Assembly: GCA_030917725.1 (NCBI GenBank) | Contig: JAUPUE010000042.1 | Span: 1-44,141 of the forward strand | DNA length: 44,141 nt | Reading direction: 5' to 3' | From: Patescibacteria group bacterium | Lineage (GTDB): Bacteria; Patescibacteriota; Minisyncoccia; Phycocordibacterales; EsbW-18 | In this document: piece by piece, positions 25,701 through 33,384 of the stretch | Layout of the letters: every line of letters begins with the position of its first letter | Numbering within the stretch: position 1 is the stretch's first letter | Notes under the pieces: generated by a model | The model's input: only the letters and a program-made list of their open reading frames with translations | Database searches by the model: none | What the model was told of the DNA's origin: nothing | Made by a program: the position numbers and the translations under genes

Positions 25701-28399
25701 ACGCGTATCTTTGCATCAATATCATACTGATCGGTGAACTGCTCAGTCACATCCCATGTTGCTGTGTAGGCTGTGTACGAAGACACATCAACAGCCTTTG
25801 TTGCATAATCGGCGACATCGAGCGACGACGTTGCCACAGTAGACCAGCTTGAGCCACCGTCGAGAGAATACTCAAACGAAGGTGCAACGAGTCCGGGTGT
25901 ATATGTACCCGTCGTTGTGTCTGGATCGCGGACAGAATATGCAATACCAACCGTACCGTCTGCGTTTTGAACGGCACTCACTCCCCCATCACCAACATCT
26001 GGATAATCGGGATTGAATTCAGGAGACGCATTCACCACATACGTTACGGTGACATTGCTGACCGTTGGGGTCGCATCTCCACCCGAACCAAGCGTCACTT
26101 TATATTGAAAATATCTATTTGTACCAGACGATGTCATACCACTCGGAAGCGCCGCCGCAGCACATGTCACGACACCCCCGACTTTTGAACAATCACCTGA
26201 TGCGTTTGTAAGATCTGTGTATACAGCAGCGGCAAGCGCACCACTGCTTGCGGCAGTGCGGAGCGAAACAGTAGCTGTTGTTCCAGATGGTAGGCTCGCA
26301 TCTTCGGTCCATGACAAACCACCAATAAGATTTGTTGCGTCTGTTGAGTCGTACGCATTTCCTGTAATTGTTCCGGATGTGCCGTATGCAATATATGTTA
26401 CCGTCACATCATCGATTGATGGGGTGACCAACGTATCACTTGTTGAAAGTGATGCTTGGTATTGCACATAGCGGTGGCCGTTGGTCACACAACCACCTGT
26501 CGAAAGCGCCGCACCGCTTGTGATGTTGGTACACGAACCCCAATCTGTTGCCCCAGAAAAATCACTCGTTGCCGATGAGCGCGCTTTCATGGTTACCGTT
26601 TGTCCGCCTGAGTTCGTCCACGACAGTGTTCCCCATGAAAGTGGATTCATTCCAGAATCAATCGGTCCCGACTCGTATGTGCCCGATGAGTTGTAGCCGA
26701 GATACTGATACTGATAGTAACCGGCACTAAAGTCACTCTTTCTATAAATTACTCGTGCAAGATCGGTTGATGTAAGAGTGAGAGAACTACCTGCCCCGGT
26801 TCCAACAGTTGAAGTGGTCTTTGTACTACAAGATGCATTTGTACACTGAGCAAATTTAATCGTTGTACCACCAGAGGTGTAACTAATACGAGCGAGCCCA
26901 TCTGTACCAAGTTCAAGTGATGTGTTGTCCGCACAGTTGGCAGATTCAACAACTGTGGTGTTCTTTGTACTACAGTCACTATTGGTACATTGTGCAAAAT
27001 AGAGATAGCCCGAAGCCCCACTGTAGCTAATACGTGCAAAGCCGTCAGACGCCATTGCAAGCGAGGTGTAACCACTAGCTGTTGCATCTACAACGGTGAT
27101 GACATTTGTGCTACATGCAGCATCAGTACACCGTACAAACTTCACATCACTGTTTGTTACGTCATAGTAGCTAATACGTGCAAAGCCATCAGCACCAAGA
27201 GCAATAGATGTGTACTTGCCCACATTCCCCGTAGAATCAATGACTGTCGTATTTCTTGTACTACAGGTTGCGTTGGTACACTGAATATATTTAAGGTTCG
27301 CGTTTGTCTCATCATAGTAACTGACATACGCATTATCACTTGCATCAAGAGCAATAGACATGTTGCGATTAATCGCAGAAGAGGAGTCTATAGTCGTGGT
27401 GGTTTTTGTACTACAAGATGCATTGGTACATTTAATAAACTTAAGGCCTGGTGTTGTTCCGTAGTGATATACAATTCGCGCGAAACCATCTACGGTGCTT
27501 TTTGCAATTGCTGGGTCGTAACCAACATTGTTGGCCGTATCTAGAAATGTTGTCGTTGTCGAAGTACAGGCATCATTGGCACACATGTTGTATACAAGAT
27601 CGTTGGCTGTATTGTTGTGCCAAACCATACGAACAAAATCACTTGCAAACGTAGCAATACCCTGACCAGTTGAATTCCAAGAAGATGTCGAGGTGGCGAA
27701 GGTCAGCACAGATGACCACGCGGGCGAACCCGTCGTTGAAAGCTTGATGCTTGCACTATCACCTGTTCCCGATACTTGTGTTTGGCTATGCGAATAACCC
27801 GTCAAATTAAAACCCGTGTTTGCATTTGCGTCGGACGTCTGCACAATGTTCGTCGAAGATGTGGCGAGTGCGAGCGTCGTTGATGGCGTCAGTCCCGATG
27901 TGGATGAATATGCGGTCCAGCCTGACTGATTGGTGGGGTGTACGAGCGTCGAGGCAGATGTACCGCCCGCCCATGAGGATTGTGAAAACGTGTACGTTGC
28001 CGCCATCGCATCACTGCCATCAAAAAGCGCGAAGCTCGAAAGAAGCAAGGTTCCAATGAGGATACCCGCAACACCCTTTGTGCCAAACGTCACCAGCGAG
28101 CCATAGACAAACTTGCCCGCATAGTTCAGCCGTCTCGATCTGATAATCTTTCTGAGCTCCTTAAAACGCTTCTGGCAATCTACAACAACTCTCCAAAAAA
28201 GGCTCACGCTGATTTTCGAGAGTTTTTTTATGAAAAAAACGATTGCTGCTACGTATGTAGGCAATCGTTTCTTGGTTTCTTTTGTAAGATTTATTAGTGT
28301 GGCGCTCCACTTAGCGGCGTAAACGCTTTTTGCGCTTTTCTTTAAAAATGAAATTAGCATCGCAAATAACGGGCATATAATCCCGTGCATCTGCCACAA
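22739..28399 (-). CDS. giant (~1,880 aa) membrane-anchored surface protein: K/R-rich N-terminus, one TM helix, six C-x4-C repeats, two ~110-aa modules, about eight FN3-like modules
   Basis: It is a single uninterrupted ORF. The TM helix is GVAGILIGTLLLSSFALF at about aa 108-125. The track start is TTG at 28399 and the first ATG is at 28390. A TGGTATACT box lies about 35 nt upstream. Confidence 0.85.
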   Translation of the reverse strand: MWQMHGIICPLFAMLISFLKKSAKSVYAAKWSATLINLTKETKKRLPTYVAAIVFFIKKLSKISVSLFWRVVVDCQKRFKELRKIIRSRRLNYAGKFVYGSLVTFGTKGVAGILIGTLLLSSFALFDGSDAMAATYTFSQSSWAGGTSASTLVHPTNQSGWTAYSSTSGLTPSTTLALATSSTNIVQTSDANANTGFNLTGYSHSQTQVSGTGDSASIKLSTTGSPAWSSVLTFATSTSSWNSTGQGIATFASDFVRMVWHNNTANDLVYNMCANDACTSTTTTFLDTANNVGYDPAIAKSTVDGFARIVYHYGTTPGLKFIKCTNASCSTKTTTTIDSSSAINRNMSIALDASDNAYVSYYDETNANLKYIQCTNATCSTRNTTVIDSTGNVGKYTSIALGADGFARISYYDVTNSDVKFVRCTDAACSTNVITVVDATASGYTSLAMASDGFARISYSGASGYLYFAQCTNSDCSTKNTTVVESANCADNTSLELGTDGLARISYTSGGTTIKFAQCTNASCSTKTTSTVGTGAGSSLTLTSTDLARVIYRKSDFSAGYYQYQYLGYNSSGTYESGPIDSGMNPLSWGTLSWTNSGGQTVTMKARSSATSDFSGATDWGSCTNITSGAALSTGGCVTNGHRYVQYQASLSTSDTLVTPSIDDVTVTYIAYGTSGTITGNAYDSTDATNLIGGLSWTEDASLPSGTTATVSLRTAASSGALAAAVYTDLTNASGDCSKVGGVVTCAAAALPSGMTSSGTNRYFQYKVTLGSGGDATPTVSNVTVTYVVNASPEFNPDYPDVGDGGVSAVQNADGTVGIAYSVRDPDTTTGTYTPGLVAPSFEYSLDGGSSWSTVATSSLDVADYATKAVDVSSYTAYTATWDVTEQFTDQYDIDAKIRVIIDDAEPANNTASSTSAAFTLDTTAPVAGTPPILLDASQATPLVTLDATDEGAVFMKIGVMPDLSDADYEDFAANRSLELSSGDVVYAQFKDAVNNETEIYSLTPISAPSNTFFQDTSNGSISEWREFFAWGVADEPEHGFSSYNVYRSVDGGAFALLTTISNRLVNYIVDSGLDESATYKYKVSIEDDLGNISFFSPSTATDQPDGVGGSDLTAPTLSGVTVSNVTTTGATITWTTNKLSDSTVFYAATSTYPGSDQVAYDDSTGVPSMVELHSVVLSGLTPSTDYYFLTESTDSSDNGRQLASPTYTFTTSDGPIISNVTTAEVFDNETTISWNTNVPADSTVYYSENSDMSDPEVSSSVALTEDHAVTISGLAEGTRYYYYVKSVDAESNEAFDQNVVSGTVQYYSLNTSSDGSAPVISGTDTALIGETGVTITWTTSEPSTSQIEWGDTNALGTFTEETSVYTRQHAVVLTGLTTESEYYYRVLSRDKSGNEISDDDGGSPYSFTTLSPTTVTVNANNSGGGRPRDNRDLTKPQISNISVNSIDGTSAVVSYQTSKIANEKIEYGLTETYDKTSSNPDVYKTSHMVYLTNLSAGLVYHYKITAADIYANTGYTTDLTFTAGESSTVADTTDPTTEAPPDSLEAILLAASEDQLASVFSSLSSKAAQSPLIFGVDVTARTAADSATIEWVTDKPSNSLVAYSESSDYKKGEPYTITVGFPDERTTEHQVILDNLDPSSTYHFQAISEGYLGAVAVSNDGVFETTSLIPDIMDTRMTDVGEDFATIEWKTALPSKSFIEIKNTSTGDVLEVEDPSYVKDHTYTVEDLNDSTTYNVKLRAVDVDGNASSPVTIPVSTALSPGKPVISDLKISTSIIPDRVETTQTIISWKTNKPATSQVFFSQGSKTTFDESTKLDTALVRDHVVITTALTPGLVYTMSAESGSTGGDVARSEPFTILTPQPRASVVDLIFENFDTTFGFLNGKK
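22822..25060 (-). repeat. intragenic array of seven divergent FN3-like modules (~90-100 aa each)
   Basis: The pattern recurs as P.IS.v.v......a.I.W.T...s.s.v.Y.........H.v.L..L.p.t.Y.y...s.D..GN, for example ATITWTTNKLSDSTVFY...LSGLTPSTDYYF. Confidence 0.7.
26734..27616 (-). repeat. six tandem ~48-aa coding repeats each containing C-x4-C (propeller-blade-like)
   Basis: Examples are GFARISYYDVTNSDVKFVRCTDAACSTNVITVVD, LKYIQCTNATCSTRNTTVID and IKFAQCTNASCSTKTT. The Cys pairs fall at aa 273/278, 324/329, 374/379, 424/429, 471/476 and 519/524. Confidence 0.75.
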
Positions 28400-28433
28400 A
28401 AAAGATTACCGCCCTACCATCTCGCACACCGAA

Positions 28434-28442
28434 AGTATACCA
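28434..28442 (-). promoter_or_regulatory. extended -10 box TGGTATACT upstream of the giant gene
   Basis: The exact 9-mer is shared with four other upstream sites in the window. Confidence 0.5.
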
Positions 28443-28503
28443 GATTTAAAGCGTTTTCTGGGTGGATAAGTGTTAAAAACACACCGCAGTGACCCGACCT
28501 GAA

Positions 28504-29160
28504 TTACCACGGAAACTTCTCCCCCTTAAACCAAAATTGTCCGGTTTCAACGGGTGTGTAAGCAAGCTTGAAGATATGCTCTGCAGCTTCCTTTGGTTCC
28601 ATGTCTGCATCCGATCCACCCATATCAGTCTTCACCCAACCAGGGTGTACAGAAGATACTGTGATCTTATCTTTGAATCGGATCGCCAACATCCTTGTAA
28701 ACATGTTCAGTGCCGCCTTGGATATCTTGTAGTCCGGGTATTCAGCATCATGAACATAACTCAATGAGCCCGCACGAGAAGAGATGTTGATGATGTGTCC
28801 TCCATCATTAACGAGTGGAAGAACTCTGTCAGTAAAATCAGCTGTGCCGAAAAGATTCACTTCAAGTGTCTTTCGTAGATCTTTGATACGAAGAACCGGG
28901 TCATCTTCTGCCCCGGACCAGATACCTGCATTATTGATAAGTATGTCAATTTTCTTCCCAAATGCGATTATTTGCTCGGCACACTCTTCGATGCTTTCCG
29001 ATTTTGAAAGATCGAGTTTCAATACGGTTAAATTCTCGTGGGTCCAATCACTCGTACCCTTCGTGGAAGTACCGACAACAAAATCACCATTTTGCAGAAA
29101 ACGTTCAGCGAGAGCTTTACCTATTCCCCTACTTACTCCGGTAATGAGGACTGTTTTCAT
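28504..29160 (-). CDS. short-chain dehydrogenase/reductase (SDR)
   Basis: Motifs are TGVSRGIG (TGxxxGxG), NNAG and the YKISK (YxxxK) catalytic motif. Confidence 0.85.
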   Translation of the reverse strand: MKTVLITGVSRGIGKALAERFLQNGDFVVGTSTKGTSDWTHENLTVLKLDLSKSESIEECAEQIIAFGKKIDILINNAGIWSGAEDDPVLRIKDLRKTLEVNLFGTADFTDRVLPLVNDGGHIINISSRAGSLSYVHDAEYPDYKISKAALNMFTRMLAIRFKDKITVSSVHPGWVKTDMGGSDADMEPKEAAEHIFKLAYTPVETGQFWFKGEKFPW

Positions 29161-29205
29161 ATATTTGTTGACAGTTTGGTACGAAATTGGAACTTTTTCT
29201 ATCGC

Positions 29206-29832
29206 CTAAACTTTGATCTCGATTACCTGCATTAGCCCCTGGTCATCGATGTATAAGTACTGGGTATCATTCAAAAGGATGTATGGAGGCTGATCATCTC
29301 TATAAGCAATCTCGATTCTTTTCCCAACATACTCTTCTCGAAAGTGTTCCGAGCCCCAGTGGGGTGCAACGGCAAAATTAACAAGACCAAGCGCTGTGTA
29401 GTCCTCAAGTCGCGGGTCAGTTTCAGCAAGATATTCTGGAATCTTGGGACCTGCGATAATCGAACCCGCACTGCTGCCGATGTACGGTTTCCCTTGCTGA
29501 ATCTTGTCTCTAAAAATCTCCAGCGAATCAGTCTTTTGAAACTGTTGGAGTAGGTGTGATGTGTTTCCACCTGACATATAAACTATATCGTGCTCATCAA
29601 CCGCCGACACAATCTCATCGCGGGTCTTGCCTGTAAAAGTAAAACGGTCTACGTGATACCCCGCATCTTTAAGAGACTGCAGATCCGCTTGAAACCAAGC
29701 ATCATCTCCTTCACCAATCTCAAGTTCCGCAGCGGTTTCTATGAAGAGAACGGTCTTGTATCCCTTATTAGCAAGAAAGGTGTCATGTATATGTTTGGCG
29801 ACTGAAGAAATGCTAGAGGTAAGAAATAGCAT
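29206..29832 (-). CDS. peptidase S51 family (dipeptidase E-like)
   Basis: VYMSGGNTSHLL and the nucleophile elbow IGSSAGSIIAG. The 208-aa size is typical. Confidence 0.7.
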   Translation of the reverse strand: MLFLTSSISSVAKHIHDTFLANKGYKTVLFIETAAELEIGEGDDAWFQADLQSLKDAGYHVDRFTFTGKTRDEIVSAVDEHDIVYMSGGNTSHLLQQFQKTDSLEIFRDKIQQGKPYIGSSAGSIIAGPKIPEYLAETDPRLEDYTALGLVNFAVAPHWGSEHFREEYVGKRIEIAYRDDQPPYILLNDTQYLYIDDQGLMQVIEIKV

Positions 29833-29950
29833 ATATTTTAAATTCTTGTTGGCTGAGTCAGTCTGGAACCTAGTGGAAGCAAGCCTGCAAAGGGTTCCTT
29901 GGACGATTTGAGTATAGCAGAATGAGACCTCTCAGTTCTGGTTCAACTTC

Positions 29951-30781
29951 TTAACCTTTTACAGCAAGCCAAGTAGAGAAAAACTTCTCCTCAGATAGTT
30001 CAGGTCTAATTACAGTAAACCCTACTTCTACCAAGGCGTCTTCCAATTCTTCTGCCTTTAGGTCATATGTAACATTGGGTAACCCTTCCTCAACTCCTGT
30101 CTCAAGATCTTTTATAAGCATTTTTGCTCTTCTGATATTTAAATCCTTTTCTCGATGTGTGTAGAAAATAAGCTCTTTCTTTTTACCTTGAACCTCAAAA
30201 GTCCCCACTGCATCTTTATGGTCAATCTCATCATCCTTAAACTTATCCAAATACAATACTCCACCATGACTCAGTAAGGAGTAAAAAATAGACAAGGTTT
30301 CCCGAAGTGCTTTGAGAGAGCTTTCTCTATCCGGCACTGCTTCTTTGTTCCAACCACCACCCGCATACCAGATAGACCCTTTACAAATAAGGGCTTTGAA
30401 TTGTTCAGCATCAAAGTGTTGGGGCAAGTCCTCCCATGAACATTTTTGACTTCGTATATCAAGGCCCTTTGTTTCTGCTTTCTCATTGAACAATGAGATT
30501 TGGTCATCAGAACCATCAACACAAACCATATTTTTATAACCCGATTCACACATATCAAGAGCTGGGAACCCAGAGCCGGCGGATGTGTCTAATATATTTG
30601 AAACCTTATCAACACCGTGTTGATTTAGCAGGTCAGACAACTCTTTTACATACTTTTCAGGATCATAAAGCAACTCATATACGCACCTATCCCAAAGATA
30701 CGCATACTCGGGCTCCACATCAAAACTACCTAAGTCTTTTAGGTGCTCCGACTTCGGTTGTTTTATGCCTTCGTTTTTCAT
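29951..30781 (-). CDS. class I SAM-dependent methyltransferase (GNMT-like architecture)
   Basis: Motif I is ILDTSAGSGFPALDM, followed by VCVDGSD and ALICKGSIWY. Its ATG lies 3 nt downstream of the tRNA-like gene. Confidence 0.7.
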   Translation of the reverse strand: MKNEGIKQPKSEHLKDLGSFDVEPEYAYLWDRCVYELLYDPEKYVKELSDLLNQHGVDKVSNILDTSAGSGFPALDMCESGYKNMVCVDGSDDQISLFNEKAETKGLDIRSQKCSWEDLPQHFDAEQFKALICKGSIWYAGGGWNKEAVPDRESSLKALRETLSIFYSLLSHGGVLYLDKFKDDEIDHKDAVGTFEVQGKKKELIFYTHREKDLNIRRAKMLIKDLETGVEEGLPNVTYDLKAEELEDALVEVGFTVIRPELSEEKFFSTWLAVKG

Positions 30782-30783
30782 AG

Positions 30784-30859
30784 TAGGAGGGGTGGGATTT
30801 GAACACCACAGCCTCTGGCAAATGTGGCCAGCGCTCTACCTGACTTGAGCTACCCTCCC
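30784..30859 (-). tRNA. aberrant tRNA-like gene, CAU at the anticodon position; possible pseudogene or non-canonical tRNA
   Basis: GGGAGGG-TA-GCTC-AAGTCAGGTA-GAGC-G-CTGGC-CACATTT-GCCAG-AGGCT-GTGG(T)G-TTCAAAT-CCCAC-CCCTCCT-A. The cloverleaf fits, but it has A33 and U37, a bulged U in the T-stem, G1-U72 and no CCA. Confidence 0.55.
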
Positions 30860-30874
30860 ATAACCACGATACTA

Positions 30875-33103
30875 TCACTTGTTGAGAATTTCGGTAACTT
30901 CCACACCCTTACCAATATCTCTATCTGTATTTGGACCGAATGGTATGTTGATGAATTTAAACAAACCATCCTCCTTACCCTGTAAGAAAAGTTTGATATA
31001 AAGCTCCGCACCACTATTCACAGCATTATTACAGAGAGCGGGACTGAACATAACAAAAATCTTATCCTTTGCACCCACCTTTGGTGTTCTCACCTTTTCA
31101 TTCACATAGTCAAATGCGACATCTTTTGCGGTTCCAAAAAGTTCAGCAGAGAGTTGGGCAACTTCAACGATGCAAAACTTTCCTCCGGTCTTTGAATTAA
31201 ACGTATCGAATGTGCAGGTTTTTATCTGCTGATTATCAAGCACATTGATTGAAACATCGATATTTTCATCATCTGATTCATACATTACTACATCCTCAAA
31301 ATACTCCTTGTTATTGCTTATGAACTGCTTAAAGTTCGCTCGCAAAGTTGTTTCCTTAAAAAACTTATCATCACCAGTCGTTATCACATCGTCTATCTTT
31401 AAACCTTTCTCGTTTAAGATATCCAAATAAAGATCGGGGACTCCCTCTTTTTGATTAAAGCTATTGATGAGCTCTTCTCTATATTCCTCTGCGGTCTTTG
31501 ATTCCTTATTAATTGGAGATTGTCGTAACTCGTTAATACCTGTGGTGTCGTTAACGACAACAAGAAGCCGAGAGTTGATTCCCTCCTTCTTAAGAGACGC
31601 AACAATGTCCGTGGCCATATCAAAGGTGAGAATTGGAAACGTGGTCATTCCAAATTCATCTAGCAGACCGTGCAATCTTTCTGGAAGCAATCCTTTTATA
31701 CTTGGATAGAATCGGTTTTCTTTTGTGTCAGGGATACCCAGAAAGTGACCTCCCATGATGACAACTTCCGTATCCTCAGAACGAATAGAATTTTTAACGA
31801 GGTCTAAAATATCAGATCTATTTGAAATAATATTGGTGCGCTTCGAATACGCCACGTTCTTAAGTGCTTCAAGGTTCGGATTTTTGATAAGCCCGTTTCT
31901 CTTATCAAAGAAAAGCTTTATTTCTTGTAGAACCGTATCTATATCTTCTTCGGTATTATAAACACCAATACTTATACGCAATGTTTCATTGCCAAGAGTG
32001 TCAGACAAGGGAAATGCGCAATGCGAACCGTATCTTATGCAAATTTTTTGAGAAGCAAGATGCTCAGCAAGTTCTTTAACGTGAAAACCTTTGGTTGCCA
32101 GAGAAACTACTCCGATTTTCTTACTACTGTCTTTTGGTCCATAAACCTCAATACCTTCTATTTGTGATAGGCCGTCGAGAAGCTTTGTGGTTAAAAACAT
32201 CTCGTGCTCCCTTAACTCGTTCCAACCGATTGAACGGAGAAATCCAATCGCTTTTGATAGACCGACAATGTTCGAGGTGTTTGGGGTTCCTCCCTCAAGA
32301 ACGGAAAGGGATCCGTCATAATCAGGCGAGATCGTATCGCCATCGTCCCCGATTGTTATTGCAACATCCTTCACAGTTCCACCTCCCGCGCGCACAGGTT
32401 TTATAAGATGTTGGATGTCCTCGGAAACATAGAGAACACCGACTCCATCAGGCCCATACATTTTATGGCTTGAAAATGCGTAGAAGTCGGCTTTTATTGC
32501 CTTTACATCAACAGGAATGTGGGCGACTGCCTGTGTACCGTCGACGACATACAAAATATCTTTATTGAAAGATTTTATAACAGCCCCCATTTCTTCGACA
32601 GCATTAATATTTCCAAGAACGTTGGAGCAGTGGGCTACGGCCACTAGTTTTGTTTCTTTAGACAAGGCACTCTTAAGTTCTTCGACATCGACAAGACCAT
32701 CTTTTAGTCCGAGTAGTTTTATCTTGGAGCCCTTTGAAACCGCCTTCAGATATGGGAGAAGATTGGAGTGATGCTCAGCAACGGATACAAGAATTACATC
32801 TCCTTCTCCAAAGAGGTGCAAAACGGTGTCGATTGCAAGATTTACCGCATCAGTCGTATTGTTACTGAAAACAATTTCCTGTGGTCGGGCATTAATAAAA
32901 CCTGCGATTACACTTTTTGCTTCCTCGAGAAGTTCGAGACTTCTTCCGGCAACATTATGTGCGCTGCGGTTTGGATTGCCCCTAAATTCAAGAGTTTGGG
33001 TTATTCCTTTAATGACCCCATCTGGAACCTGTGTGGTAGCCGCGGAATCTAAATATATGTAGTTGTTTTTGCGAAAAAACGGAAAGCGTGACCTTATTTC
33101 CAT
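30875..33103 (-). CDS. fusion protein: class-V aminotransferase/cysteine desulfurase (SufS/NifS-like, aa ~1-400) + ~340-aa uncharacterised C-terminal region
   Basis: YLDSAATTQ, the PLP-Lys motif SSHKMYGPDGVGVLY and the Cys loop RYGSHCAFP. The start is at the first ATG (MEIRSRFPFF), because the track start at 33121 is a TTG inside a TATAAT box. I do not recognise the C-terminal half. Confidence 0.8.
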   Translation of the reverse strand: MEIRSRFPFFRKNNYIYLDSAATTQVPDGVIKGITQTLEFRGNPNRSAHNVAGRSLELLEEAKSVIAGFINARPQEIVFSNNTTDAVNLAIDTVLHLFGEGDVILVSVAEHHSNLLPYLKAVSKGSKIKLLGLKDGLVDVEELKSALSKETKLVAVAHCSNVLGNINAVEEMGAVIKSFNKDILYVVDGTQAVAHIPVDVKAIKADFYAFSSHKMYGPDGVGVLYVSEDIQHLIKPVRAGGGTVKDVAITIGDDGDTISPDYDGSLSVLEGGTPNTSNIVGLSKAIGFLRSIGWNELREHEMFLTTKLLDGLSQIEGIEVYGPKDSSKKIGVVSLATKGFHVKELAEHLASQKICIRYGSHCAFPLSDTLGNETLRISIGVYNTEEDIDTVLQEIKLFFDKRNGLIKNPNLEALKNVAYSKRTNIISNRSDILDLVKNSIRSEDTEVVIMGGHFLGIPDTKENRFYPSIKGLLPERLHGLLDEFGMTTFPILTFDMATDIVASLKKEGINSRLLVVVNDTTGINELRQSPINKESKTAEEYREELINSFNQKEGVPDLYLDILNEKGLKIDDVITTGDDKFFKETTLRANFKQFISNNKEYFEDVVMYESDDENIDVSINVLDNQQIKTCTFDTFNSKTGGKFCIVEVAQLSAELFGTAKDVAFDYVNEKVRTPKVGAKDKIFVMFSPALCNNAVNSGAELYIKLFLQGKEDGLFKFINIPFGPNTDRDIGKGVEVTEILNK

Positions 33104-33240
33104 AACAGAAAGATTATACAACGTAAATCACGAAGACTGAAGTGCGCGGATTACACACACTAAGAACGATAGTTAATTGGCACGAAAACAATCGCCTCGA
33201 CTCGGATGTGCATACCCCGGGCCCAAGTAGAACTCAATGT

Positions 33241-33266
33241 CGAAAAACACGACCCCTCTCGGTCAC
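33241..33266 (-). terminator. weak hairpin + U-run downstream of tRNA-Gln
   Basis: The minus strand reads GTGACC-GAGAGG-GGTCGT followed by GTTTTTCG. Two of the six pairs are G-U. Confidence 0.3.
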
Positions 33267-33285
33267 CTGACTTAGCATAAGCGTG

Positions 33286-33356
33286 TTGCCGGACTAGGAC
33301 TCGAACCTAGATACCCTCCTCCAGAGGGAGGTGTCCTACCATTAGACGATCCGGCA
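33286..33356 (-). tRNA. tRNA-Gln (anticodon CUG), CCA not encoded
   Basis: TGCCGGA-TC-GTCT-AATGGTA-GGAC-A-CCTCC-CTCTGGA-GGAGG-GTATC-CTAGG-TTCGAGT-CCTAG-TCCGGCA-A. It has U1-A72, which is typical of bacterial tRNA-Gln. Confidence 0.9.
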
Positions 33357-33384
33357 CTGTTTGTATTCAACCACCGAGGGGTCT

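Noticed and set aside
26700-27650. Periodic DNA repeats that could be mistaken for a CRISPR array or satellite.
   Set aside because: The units are about 144 nt, imperfect, contiguous without unique spacers, and lie in-frame inside the giant ORF as protein repeats.
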